DNA of 64,000 nucleotides from Selaginella moellendorffii (lineage: Eukaryota > Plantae > Lycopodiophyta), in the NCBI RefSeq assembly GCF_000143415.4, contig NW_003314309.1:124001-188000 (forward strand), written 5' to 3'. The notes below the pieces were generated by a model. That model saw nothing but the letters and a program-made list of their open reading frames with translations. It did not search any database and was not told where the DNA came from. Below, in pieces: positions 1 to 12,300 of this stretch; the stretch's first letter is position 1, and each line of letters starts with the position of its first letter. Position numbers and translations under genes: made by a program.

Positions 1-2812
1 AGGCACATTCGAGCTCTCTTGCATCAATACACCTCCAAGACCAATGTCAAAAGCATCCACACGCAAAATAAAAGGTTGAGTGTAGTCAAGATATGCCAAA
101 ACCAGAAGAGTTGTTAATAGCTCTTTGAGATCCACGAACACCCACTCACAATCCGGAGACCAGATGAAAGATGACGCTGATGACTTCAGCAACACTCGCA
201 ACAGTGCAGTGCAATCAGAAAGATGATCCACAAAACAACCAAGATACTGCACCTTGCCCAGGAAGCATTGCACATCATTCACACACTTCGGAGTAAGGAA
301 CTTTAGAACAGCCACAAGTTTGTCAGGATCAACTTGCAAACCCTCACGAAAAACACAATACCCAAGATAAATTGTGTTTTTGGACCCAAACACACACTTC
401 GACCGCTTCAGCTTTAAACCAACATCGCATAGCCGATCCAACACTTTACAAACATCATGAATGTGTTCCTCCCACGTCCCCTCCAAGTGGATCAAGACAT
501 CATCAATGAAGTCAGTAGTCACCTTTGGCATATCGCAAAGAACCTTGTCCGTTATCCGCTGAAAAGTTACTGAAGCATTGTTCAAACCAAATAGCATCAC
601 TAAGAACTTGTACAAACCAAATAGTATACAAAAAGTAGTCTTAGGAATATCTTCTTCGGCCATCGGTACTTGCTAGTACCCAGAAGTAAGATCTAGCTTG
701 TTGAATCAACGACTTTGCCCCAAGCAATCCAAAGGATCAGTAGTGTGATGAAGAGGGTACACATTTAGGATCATCACTTTGTTTAACAAACGATACTCGA
801 TGTAGAAACGAATACTCCCATCAGGCTTCGTCACAAGATGAGGTTCATATGCCCAAGGACTCCACGACTTCTGAATAACACCCTTTTCCAACATCTCTTT
901 GACGTTTGCACGTAAAATCTTAATCTCCTTGGGTGATTGACAACAAACAAAAACCTTGATTCAATGAGCATCCTCGGTTGGAATCGAATGACATGTGGCA
1001 ATCTTAGCTTTAGATGATAGGTCAAATTCAAAGAGATTAGAATACTCTTTTATGAGCTGGTCAACTACTGCAACACAAAGATTGTCAAAAGGATTGGAAA
1101 AGGGAAGAGCAGAATAAGACAGAAACATAAGAGGAAATAGTGGGGGAACAAAAGTAATGGAAGTAGAGGTAAAAGTAGAGAGACAAAGAGGTATGGAAGT
1201 GAGAGGAATGGATGAAACATAAGGAAGTATGAGACAAGGGGGAGAAGCTTCAAAGTCACACTTAGCATGATTGCGCTGTAACCAATCCATACTAAGAATG
1301 AGGTCAAAAGCTTGACTCGGCACCACCTGCAATGACTGCAACTCAAGCTCAAGATCGCCCACATACACAACCAGGTCTGCCTCATCCCGTGCACATACAT
1401 ATGTACGGCTGTTGCCATAAAGAATGAAAACTGGTTCCACCGCACGATGCAAGTGTAGATGGCAACGTGTGGCAATAGGTCGAATAATAGAAGATAAACT
1501 TGAACCTGTATCAACCAACACAGAGAGAATAATAGGAGACCTCTTGTTATAAAAATGAGCTTGGAAAGCAAACACTGGATGAACCGATACCAAGTGAACC
1601 CCTTGATGATACTCTCGAAAGAAAGATGGAGGGGTCACTAACTTATTTGTGCAAGGTCCTCTATTACTTGTGCGACTCCTCATTTCCCAAATGCATCTTG
1701 GTGTCCAAACCTTCCACTTCAGTAGCACCAACGGGATGTTGCTGACGCCAAAGTCTCCACCTAGGAAATAGAGGTCGCTAATCCGGAAAATGCTGACAAC
1801 GCCGATAAGTATGACCAACTTCATCACACGCCCAGCAGCGAATATCACGGCCACAACTACGTCCTCGCCCTTGTCCTTGGACTTGAGTAGCAGTAGCATC
1901 AACCTCCATTGGAATATAACCATCACCCATAGGAAGTGGAGCTGAAGGATGTGTAACGAGAAGTGGAAGAGGCGACATCTCATAACATTGTGCCAAGTGG
2001 AGAGCATCATCAAGGGTGGCAGGAGTAAGTGCATGCACAATTCTGACAAGATCTTGACGAAGTGCTGGCCATAACATTCCTAGTTTGATCCGCTCCGACA
2101 TATTTGGCTCCACACGAAGCAAAAGACTTCGGAAACGAATGCCAAATTGCATCACTGACTCAGATGGCCTTTGGCGAAGATGATGCAATTGTTGGAAGGC
2201 ATCATCACAATCGTCGGCATGTCCGAAGGCGCATTTGAAGATGTCAAGGAGAACACTCTAATCCCCACGAGTGGCTTTGCTCAAACCATTGTACCACTAT
2301 AATGCTATCCCTTGAAAACACATGGGAAACTCACGCAAATGTTGAGCATCATCCCAAGAATGATATGTGGCAATCACCGTGAAGTGATCGAACCAAAGGT
2401 ACATATCATCCCTAGGATTTCTGCGAAAGAACTCCGGCCGAACGTGAGGATTGGCACCAAGAGCAGGAGGAGTTGTACCATGTGTTGTGAATGCCACCAT
2501 CAACTGAGTTTCGTTGTTTAATTGCAAATGCATAGCATCAAGCAATTGTACCAACTGCTGCTCCAGAGTCAAAAGAGGAGATTGTTGATTTGCCATGAAG
2601 ATGAACAAAAAAGAAATAGCAAAAGAAGAGAAATGATAAAAAGCTAGAATGAAATGGTAGATCTAGACAATGCAAAAAGCTAAATCTAAACTAAAATCAT
2701 GAAAGGAAAGAATAAAAGAAAGGAAATGGAAAAAGCTAGATCTAGACGATGCAAAAGCTAAATCTAAACCAAAATCCTAAATCCAAACACTCTTTAGGGA
2801 CAATCAAAGTTG

Positions 2813-2828
2813 CCCCTCATCTCCACCA
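2813..2828 (-). promoter_or_regulatory. Primer-binding site complementary to tRNA-Ala 3' end
   Basis: Minus strand TGGTGGAGATGAGGGG, 1 nt after the LTR end; tRNA-Ala typically ends ...CATCTCCACCA. Confidence 0.7.
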
Positions 2829-2829
2829 A

Positions 2830-2984
2830 TGTGAGTGCTTGGAATATGAAAAGGGAATACAAAAATTGTGCATATCAATTAGCCTAAAAACCATGGTTTG
2901 GATTGAAACCAATCCAATGGTTACCAAAATCCCATTACGCTAATATTAGTATATAGCATCATAGCCATACACTTGGCCCTCACA
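2830..2984 (-). repeat. Short 155-bp 5' LTR of the gypsy element (TGTGAG...CTCACA)
   Basis: 6-bp terminal inverted repeat tgtgag (2830) / ctcaca (2979-2984), directly adjacent to the PBS. Confidence 0.75.
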
Positions 2985-3379
2985 TAGTGTAACTAAAAGA
3001 ACAAACACAAAGAATACTTGTCTAAAAAAAAAACCTATTCTTTACTTTTGTCTTTAAGTAATAGCTTCTAAAGTGAAACTTTGAGGAGTAGTGACTATGA
3101 TGTTGTATAGCCTCCTAGATATCAAGAACATTTAAGATCCTATACTATTTTATTGCAGGTGCCATAGCGTAAGAAAGAATAGGGGGTGAGAGAGCACAAG
3201 ATAAGGACATGAATCTGTAGAAAGATGCTTGTTGAGAGCTCTCACCACCTTTCTGAATTATTAAAAATAGCAGATTAAGATTCTTCTACCTAATCAGACA
3301 TCCATTACAAACCATGGTCAGCACTCAGACTCAGAGTGTATGGAGTGAATATACTTGATGGGCCGCCCTAATCACGTGA

Positions 3380-4340
3380 ATGGCAAGGTCCATGCTCGTG
3401 ATCAACTCTAGCAGCTCATCGATCAAGTGAGTAAAGATTTTTGTGAAGAAAGAGTTCCTCTAGAGGGTCAATGTATTGTAGGTATGCCCTGTATCATCTG
3501 GGAAGAGTGGCTTCTTGCATTTTCCAGGGCAGTGTGGAAGGCATTGGAACTTCCAAGAGCTCCATCTCCCACAAGAGCATCTCCACTGCCCAAGATCTAA
3601 AAATCATGGTATTTATGTTTCAGCAATCTTAAAGCCTTTGTACATGGATAGCTGGGTTGCTAATAGTTTTTGGTTTTCTTCCAGGGAAAATGTATTGGAG
3701 ACCACGAAGCTGGTCTCAAGAAAGTGATGGATTTGCTCCAGCAGCCACAAAATGTTTGCACTGTTGGGCACCAAGTCGTTCACGGCAATGAGAAATTTAG
3801 CAAACCAACGCATATAACGCAAGAGGTGAAGAAAGCAATTGAGAGGGCTATTCCTCTAGCTCCACTTCACAATCCAGCAAACTTGGAGGTAACAGATCTT
3901 TACTTTCTTTTTCCAAAAAGAAAAATCCATTTATTTGTCCCATTTTTTCTCCAACCTTTCTCTTAAAATGATCACAAAAACTTTCTAGGGAATTCGAATT
4001 GCTGAGGAGCTCTTCCACTGCCCCCACATAGCCGTCTTTGACACAGCCTTCCACTCCACCATCCCCCAGCTATCATACATGTATAGAATCCCCTAGAAGC
4101 TGTACAAAGAGCTGGGTGTACGGTGCTATGGCTTCCACGGGACGAGCTACCAGTTTCTTCTTGGCGAGGCCTCCTGCGCTCTTGGAAGGCTAGCGCTGGA
4201 ACTTAATCTCATTGCCTTCCATCTCGGCACTGGAGCGAGAGTGTGTTTGATCAAATATGTGGAATTGATTGATACAAGCATGGGAATGACTCCACTCGAA
4301 GGTTTAGTGATGGCTACTCGGAGTGGTGGTGTTGATCTTT
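3380..4340 (+). pseudogene. ackA: Acetate kinase pseudogene, 4 exons, 3'-truncated
   Basis: Spliced translation (exons ~3380-3426, 3482-3608, 3685-3888, 3989-4340): MLVINSSSSSIK...GSVEGIG...GHQVVHGNE...LAPLHNPANLEGI...AVFDTAFHSTIP...YGFHGTSY...HLGTGA...DTSMGMTPLEGLVMATRSG, which are classic AckA motifs. In-frame TAG at 4094-4096, catalytic R of GHRVVHGG changed to Q, C-terminal third missing. Confidence 0.92.
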
Positions 4341-4938
4341 TAGAGACTTAATTATTAGTGAATAAAGCTTATATTAAAACACAAAAGTATTCCAAATAAG
4401 TTATCATCCAATCAATCAATAGTAGAGTACATGAACCACTAAGATCAACATATTTGGAAAATATAGGATTCACCATCCAACAAAATTCAATAGCCAGTGT
4501 ATCATCAAGGAAACTTAATGATAAAACTTAACTACTAAAGATTGTAAATAGCATGTCAAACAACTTACAAAAGATAACTTAAAGAACACAAAGTATCATT
4601 AACTAGCAAGTAAGATGCTCGTGAATGTACCACTTAAAGGAAATAACATCCAATCTATTGAATGTATCACCTAATGCCAATCATTGCACTAGCTATTTTG
4701 AATAAATCCCAGTCAATAATATGAAGGAACTCAAGTTGCTTAAACAAGTGTTAGCAACATCCTATCAATGTCTCAAACCCGAAAGACCAATCCAAAGCAA
4801 ACCACAAAAACATGTGGTATTGTGAAAAGCCATAAGCCATTAAAGTAAATAACTAACTATCACAAAAGATCATCAATCATCCTATGCCATCCGCCTCTAT
4901 CCTTCACTAGAGCTAAGAAAAAGGCTCCGATACTAAAT

Positions 4939-7900
4939 TGTAAGCCATAAATTTTTCCTTTCCAATTTGCCAGGTTACCTTGTCTATCTGACCAACACTG
5001 CCTTGGCTTTTGCCAAATTCCCTCACCAAGGTTCCTGCCTATGGTACCAACTCCTACTTGGTCCTACTTGGTTTCAGTTACTCACTACATGAGCAATAGA
5101 GCGTTAACCATCCATTCATGGATTCCCAAATCTCTCCCAATCCCCCTCCCCGGGTTAGATTGAACTTAAGGTTCGACTACACTCCCCATAAGCACAAGTA
5201 GCCAAGCACACCAAGCCTCCAAGTTCCTAACATCCCTTGGTACCACAATACTTGATCATGGGACCCTCTAAATCCCAAGTCTTGAGTGCAACACATGCTT
5301 CAGGACGCCGGGGCGAAACACGATGGCCTAACGGCCTCTACCCCCCCCCAACGGAAAGGCCCAATGAGCCACAAGGTACTCAAGTGGGGCACCACTCCAC
5401 ATGAGCCGAGAGCACCATAGTCGGTTTCCCTTTCAGGAGTGGGAGCTGCTCTTGAGCACTTCCTTGGGTGGCCCCTCTGGCACCATCCGAGTCCATGCTC
5501 ACTCCCACCCAAGGCCCCTCGGCCCCGGTCTCAACCTCAAGTCAGTTTGGAAGCACCACTGAAGAGTTCCTTCAAGACTGGTTCTTAGACCTCACTATCC
5601 TTACTATACGAACATCTCTTTTTATCCTATGACTTGTTGACTATGTCTTCGGGGGCATCCCCCAACTTAGCAGTGTGCCTAAGTTAGCCTCCCCGGCCAA
5701 GAGTCCATAGCAACGGAATATAGGTGTCCCTATACCCCTCACCTCACTATGCTTTAGTATAGGGTCGGGACTTGAACCCAGCCTTGCTTTACTAGGGGGT
5801 TGGGACTCGAACCCAACCTCCGTAGAATATGTCTACGGATTTGACATCCCCGCAAGGAGTCGGGTATAGTTTCCTACGCCTGGTTGACCTAGCTAGCCCA
5901 TGCTAATTAGCTTACCTTCGGCGTGCCTTCGGGTCCCAACATACAACTTCACAAATTGATACTTTAATTGAACTTTGCATAAATACATAGAGTTCTGCCT
6001 TGTAGAAATTCCTCCACTAAATCTCGCTCATTCGCTAGGTTCTCCTTCGGTTCCCATGTTTCTTCGCAGTGTGGAAATCCTTTCCACTTCACATGGAACT
6101 CTCTCACCTCGCGTCCTTGTCACTTGCTCTTGTGTGCATTGATGATGGCCTCGACTTCATATTCCTCCTCCCCTTGGATAACCTCAGGTAAAGGTGTTAC
6201 TTGGTCCTTGTGAAACGGATCTTCAAAGTATGGCTTGAGTAAGTTCACATAGAACACTAGGTGCATCTTCCCCATCTCTCGAGGAAGTCGGAGACGGTAA
6301 ACCACTTTACCGATTCGTGCCTCAATCTCGTAAGGCCCTGCAAACCTGCTTAAGGAACTCAAGATCAATTCAATTCTAGGAATACATGCATTTTTACCTT
6401 TGGGTCAACTTCCAGCTGATCCCACTTGGCAGCCTGAGGTTCTTGGTGTTCAACCACACCTTCTTCCCAACTTGGAACTCTACATTCCGACGCTTCTGGT
6501 TCGCATATTTGGTTTGCCTTTGTTGAGCCCGTTCCAAGGAATCCCTCACTAGATTCCAAATGTTGAATCTTTCCGCCATGAATGCCTCCACTGCGGGTAA
6601 CTCTCCATGGTACTCAACCATGCCAAGCTCCATAGGACCTTCAATAGCTCGCCCATTGATGACTTCCCATGGACTCACCCCGATACTCGAATGTGGTGAG
6701 TTGTTATAACATATTTCCGCAAGTCTCAAATGACTTACCCAATCGGTCTGGTCTCCTGAGACATAGCATTGCAAATAATCCTCCAGTTGCCTATTCACCC
6801 TTTCTGTTTGTCCGTCTGTCAAGAAGTGTTAGTGCCATCAAACTTGACTTAATACCCAATACCTATCTATGGGTGATAAGCTGTGCTGAATTTCAACTTG
6901 GTGCGATATTGTTCTAGAAGAGTTCTCCAGAACCTACTAGTGAAGATCTTATCTCAATCTGAGATGATCTCTTCCGGCCTTCCCTGCACTCGAACCACTT
7001 GTTCGAAGAACAACTTCGCTACACCTTCCGCATCCACTTCCGTTGTGGTGGGTATGAAATGTGCCATCTTCGAAAATCGGTTGGTGCTTGAGCTCCTCGA
7101 GTTCTTTTTGGTTTGGCCCCTTTGCTAAATGTGAACCCCAACCTTATCGTGTTCCCCTTTCGTAGGTTATCGTTGAAATGCACCTTGATGGCTGCATCCA
7201 ACGCTTCCTTGTAGTTGGTCGTGTTCCAATGCATTACCTCATCGCGAGCCTAGGTTTGCAAGCTTGATATGAAGGCATGGAACGCATCCATATCCCCCAT
7301 GTCTGTGACAAGTATCCTCTTTGCCATAAACCCATTCACATACTTCTGAATGGTTCCAGTCTACTTTAGCCTACTAAGCTCGTTTTTTAGATGTAGAGTA
7401 GCATTTGGAGGAACGTAAGTCACGCGGATCCTTGCCTTCATCATTTCCCAAGTGGCCACCGGTCCTTCGTTGGCCTTTATCGTTCCCCACCAAGACTTGG
7501 CATTATCTGCTAAGTATGGTTTTGCACATGGGACCTTCTCTAAGCTTGGTAACCGCAACGCTTGAAAATAGTCCTCCATATTGTAAAACCACTCCTTCAC
7601 CACCTTATAGTCATTCACTCCCTTGAAGATCGGTGGGGGCTTTGGTTTGTACTTGGGACTGATTCTACTTTGGTCTGTTCGACCTTGTTTGGTTTTGCCT
7701 CAGTCTCTACCGAAGGGTCCACACCTTCTACACTGCCAGCATCCGCAGTTTTTTGCCTTTTCTTCCGCTTTTTATCATGCTTTAGCTTGCATCCGAGAGT
7801 CTTCAGTAGGGCATTGGTCTATGCCAATTGTCCTTCTAGAATGTCCAATTGAGCCTTGGACAACCGAACCTTACTACCGGACTCTTGTTTGGAAGTTTCC

Positions 7901-8493
7901 TCACTGGAGTTCTCCTTATGCAAGGATTCCTCATCCATAGCCTTTTGTTCGACCAAAGGCTCCAGCTCGGAAGGAGGTTCCATCTCCGCCTTGGTTTGTT
8001 TCTGCCCTGCCTTTGCCATCTCCCAGCAATCCGCCTCTATCCTTCGCTAGAACTGAGGAAAAGGCTCCAATACCAAATTGTAAGCCACAAATTTTTCCTT
8101 TCCAATTTGCCAGCTTACCTCGTCTATCCAACCAACACTACCTTGGCTTTTGCTAAGTTCCCTCGCCAAGGTTCCCGCCTATGGTACCAACTCCTACTTG
8201 GTCCTACTTGGTTTCAACTACTCACTACATGAGCAACAGAGCATTAGCCATCCATTCATGGATTCCCAAATCTCTCCCAATCCCCCTCCCCGGGTTAGAT
8301 TGGACTTAAGGTTCGGCTACACTCCCCGCAAGCACAAGTAGCCAAGCACACTAAGCCTCCAGGTTCTTAACATCCCTTGGTACCACAATACTTGATCATG
8401 GGACCCTCTAAATCCCAAGTCTTGAGTGCAACACATGTTTCGGGACGCTAGGGCGAAACACCATGGCCTAACGGCCTAGTATGGGTACCTCTA
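4939..8493 (-). mobile_element. Internally deleted chromodomain Ty3/gypsy (chromovirus-like) element, copy 1
   Basis: LTR parts at 8079-8493 and 4939-~5953; PBS TGGTATTGGAGCC (tRNA-Met type) at 8063-8075; gag fragments 8019-7100; integrase (KMAHFIP..., TDGQTERVNRQLEDYL, GPYEI) 7080-6200; chromodomain (EEEYEVEAII...TWEPKENL) 6180-6030. PR, RT and RNase H absent. Confidence 0.88.
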
Positions 8494-8499
8494 CCCCCC

Positions 8500-8746
8500 T
8501 AGAAGCTGTACAAAGAGCTGGGTGTACGGTGCTATGGCTTCCACGGGACGAGCTACCAGTTTCTTCTTGGCGAGGCCTCCTGCGCTCTTGGAAGGCTAGC
8601 GCTGGAACTTAATCTCATTGCCTTCCATCTCGGCACTGGAGCGAGAGTGTGTTTGATCAAGTATGTGGAATTGATTGATACAAGCATGGGAATGACTCCA
8701 CTCGAAGGTTTAGTGATGGCTACTCGGAGTGGTGGTGTTGATCTTT
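8500..8746 (+). pseudogene. ackA: Duplicated 3' part of acetate kinase exon 4
   Basis: Copy of 4094-4340 carried by the tandem duplication. Confidence 0.9.
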
Positions 8747-9344
8747 TAGAGACTTAATTATTAGTGAATAAAGCTTATATTAAAACACAAAAGTATTCCA
8801 AATAAGTTATCATCCAATCAATCAATAGTAGAGTACATGAACCACTAAGATCAACATATTTGGAAAACATAGGATTCACCATCCAACAAAATTCAATAGC
8901 CAGTGTATCATCAAGGAAACTTAATGATAAAACTTAACTACTAAAGATTGTAAATAGCATGTCAAACAACTTACAAAAGATAACTTAAAGAACACAAAGT
9001 ATCATTAACTAGCAAGTAAGATGCTCGTGAATGTACCACTTAAAGGAAATAACATCCAATCTATTGAATGTATCACCTAATGCCAATCATTGCACTAGCT
9101 ATTTTGAATAAATCCCAGTCAATAATATGAAGGAACTCAAGTTGCTTAAACAAGTGTTAGCAACATCCTATCAATGTCTCAAACCCGAAAGACCAATCCA
9201 AAGCAAACCACAAAAACATGTGGTATTGTGAAAAGCCATAAGCCATTAAAGTAAATAACTAACTATCACAAAAGATCATCAATCATCCTATGCCATCCGC
9301 CTCTATCCTTCACTAGAGCTAAGAAAAAGGCTCCGATACTAAAT

Positions 9345-12300
9345 TGTAAGCCATAAATTTTTCCTTTCCAATTTGCCAGGTTACCTTGTCTATCTGACCA
9401 ACACTGCCTTGGCTTTTGCCAAATTCCCTCACCAAGGTTCCTGCCTATGGTACCAACTCCTACTTGGTCCTACTTGGTTTCAGTTACTCACTACATGAGC
9501 AATAGAGCGTTAACCATCCATTCATGGATTCCCAAATCTCTCCCAATCCCCCTCCCCGGGTTAGACTGAACTTAAGGTTCGACTACACTCCCCATAAGCA
9601 CAAGTAGCCAAGCACACCAAGCCTCCAAGTTCCTAACATCCCTTGGTACCACAATACTTGATCATGGGACCCTCTAAATCCCAAGTCTTGAGTGCAACAC
9701 ATGCTTCAGGACGCCGGGGCGAAACACGATGGCCTAACGGCCTCTACCCCCCCCCCAACGGAAAGGCCCAATGAGCCACAAGGTACTCAAGTGGGGCACC
9801 ACTCCACATGAGCCGAGAGCACCATAGTCGGTTTCCCTTTCAGGAGTGGGAGCTGCTCTTGAGCACTTCCTTGGGTGGCCCCTCTGGCACCATCCGAGTC
9901 CATGCTCACTCCCACCCAAGGCCCCTCGGCCCCGGTCTCAACCTCAAGTCAGTTTGGAAGCACCACTGAAGAGTTCCTTCAAGACTGGTTCTTAGACCTC
10001 ACTATCCTTACTATACGAACATCTCTTTTTATCCTATGACTTGTTGACTATGTCTTCGGGGGCATCCCCCAACTTAGCAGTGTGCCTAAGTTAGCCTCCC
10101 CGGCCAAGAGTCCATAGCAACGGAATATAGGTGTCCCTATACCCCTCACCTCACTATGCTTTAGTATAGGGTCGGGACTTGAACCCAGCCTTGCTTTACT
10201 AGGGGGTTGGGACTCGAACCCAACCTCCGTAGAATATGTCTACGGATTTGACATCCCCGCAAGGAGTCGGGTATAGTTTCCTACGCCTGGTTGACCTAGC
10301 TAGCCCATGCTAATTAGCTTACCTTCGGCGTGCCTTCGGGTCCCAACATACAACTTCACAAATTGATACTTTAATTGAACTTTGCATAAATACATAGAGT
10401 TCTGCCTTGTAGAAATTCCTCCACTAAATCTCGCTCATTCGCTAGGTTCTCCTTCGGTTCCCATGTTTCTTCGCAGTGTGGAAATCCTTTCCACTTCACA
10501 TGGAACTCTCTCACCTCGCGTCCTTGTCACTTGCTCTTGTGTGCATTGATGATGGCCTCGACTTCATATTCCTCCTCCCCTTGGATAACCTCAGGTAAAG
10601 GTGTTACTTGGTCCTTGTGAAACGGATCTTCAAAGTATGGCTTGAGTAAGTTCACATAGAACACTAGGTGCATCTTCCCCATCTCTCGAGGAAGTCGGAG
10701 ACGGTAAACCACTTTACCGATTCGTGCCTCAATCTCGTAAGGCCCTGCAAACCTGCTTAAGGAACTCAAGATCAATTCAATTCTAGGAATACATGCATTT
10801 TTACCTTTGGGTCAACTTCCAGCTGATCCCACTTGGCAGCCTGAGGTTCTTGGTGTTCAACCACACCTTCTTCCCAACTTGGAACTCTACATTCCGACGC
10901 TTCTGGTTCGCATATTTGGTTTGCCTTTGTTGAGCCCGTTCCAAGGAATCCCTCACTAGATTCCAAATGTTGAATCTTTCCGCCATGAATGCCTCCACTG
11001 CGGGTAACTCTCCATGGTACTCAACCATGCCAAGCTCCATAGGACCTTCAATAGCTCGCCCATTGATGACTTCCCATGGACTCACCCCGATACTCGAATG
11101 TGGTGAGTTGTTATAACATATTTCCGCAAGTCTCAAATGACTTACCCAATCGGTCTGGTCTCCTGAGACATAGCATTGCAAATAATCCTCCAGTTGCCTA
11201 TTCACCCTTTCTGTTTGTCCGTCTGTCAAGAAGTGTTAGTGCCATCAAACTTGACTTAATACCCAATACCTATCTATGGGTGATAAGCTGTGCTGAATTT
11301 CAACTTGGTGCGATATTGTTCTAGAAGAGTTCTCCAGAACCTACTAGTGAAGATCTTATCTCAATCTGAGATGATCTCTTCCGGCCTTCCCTGCACTCGA
11401 ACCACTTGTTCGAAGAACAACTTCGCTACACCTTCCGCATCCACTTCCGTTGTGGTGGGTATGAAATGTGCCATCTTCGAAAATCGGTTGGTGCTTGAGC
11501 TCCTCGAGTTCTTTTTGGTTTGGCCCCTTTGCTAAATGTGAACCCCAACCTTATCGTGTTCCCCTTTCGTAGGTTATCGTTGAAATGCACCTTGATGGCT
11601 GCATCCAACGCTTCCTTGTAGTTGGTCGTGTTCCAATGCATTACCTCATCGCGAGCCTAGGTTTGCAAGCTTGATATGAAGGCATGGAACGCATCCATAT
11701 CCCCCATGTCTGTGACAAGTATCCTCTTTGCCATAAACCCATTCACATACTTCTGAATGGTTCCAGTCTACTTTAGCCTACTAAGCTCGTTTTTTAGATG
11801 TAGAGTAGCATTTGGAGGAACGTAAGTCACGCGGATCCTTGCCTTCATCATTTCCCAAGTGGCCACCGGTCCTTCGTTGGCCTTTATCGTTCCCCACCAA
11901 GACTTGGCATTATCTGCTAAGTATGGTTTTGCACATGGGACCTTCTCTAAGCTTGGTAACCGCAACGCTTGAAAATAGTCCTCCATATTGTAAAACCACT
12001 CCTTCACCACCTTATAGTCATTCACTCCCTTGAAGATCGGTGGGGGCTTTGGTTTGTACTTGGGACTGATTCTACTTTGGTCTGTTCGACCTTGTTTGGT
12101 TTTGCCTCAGTCTCTACCGAAGGGTCCACACCTTCTACACTGCCAGCATCCGCAGTTTTTTGCCTTTTCTTCCGCTTTTTATCATGCTTTAGCTTGCATC
12201 CGAGGTCTTCAGTAGGGCATTGGTCTATGCCAATTGTCCTTCTAGAATGTCCAATTGAGCCTTGGACAACCGAACCTTACTACCGGACTCTTGTTTGGAA

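Larger units (their letters stand above)
1..2984 (-). mobile_element. Degenerate Ty3/gypsy LTR retrotransposon (5' LTR, PBS, gag, protease, RT, start of RNase H); runs off the left edge
   Basis: Minus-strand ORF fragments: gag (2608-2297, 2188-1778 with zinc knuckle CWACDEVGHTYRRC), protease LVDTGS (in 961-2049), RT (SWSPWAYEPHLVTKPDGSIRFYIEYRLLN at 706-894; DFIDDVLI near 490-515). PR-RT-RH order; many stops and frameshifts. Confidence 0.9.

Noticed and set aside
3380-4340. Bacterial contamination or recent HGT as the source of ackA (and the PII fragment)
   Set aside because: ackA has spliceosomal introns and is interleaved with plant retroelements; PII is a normal nuclear-encoded plant gene.
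4345-4890. Possible copia-like relic between ackA and the LTR
   Set aside because: Composition suggests a decayed retroelement, but no motif could be read with confidence.
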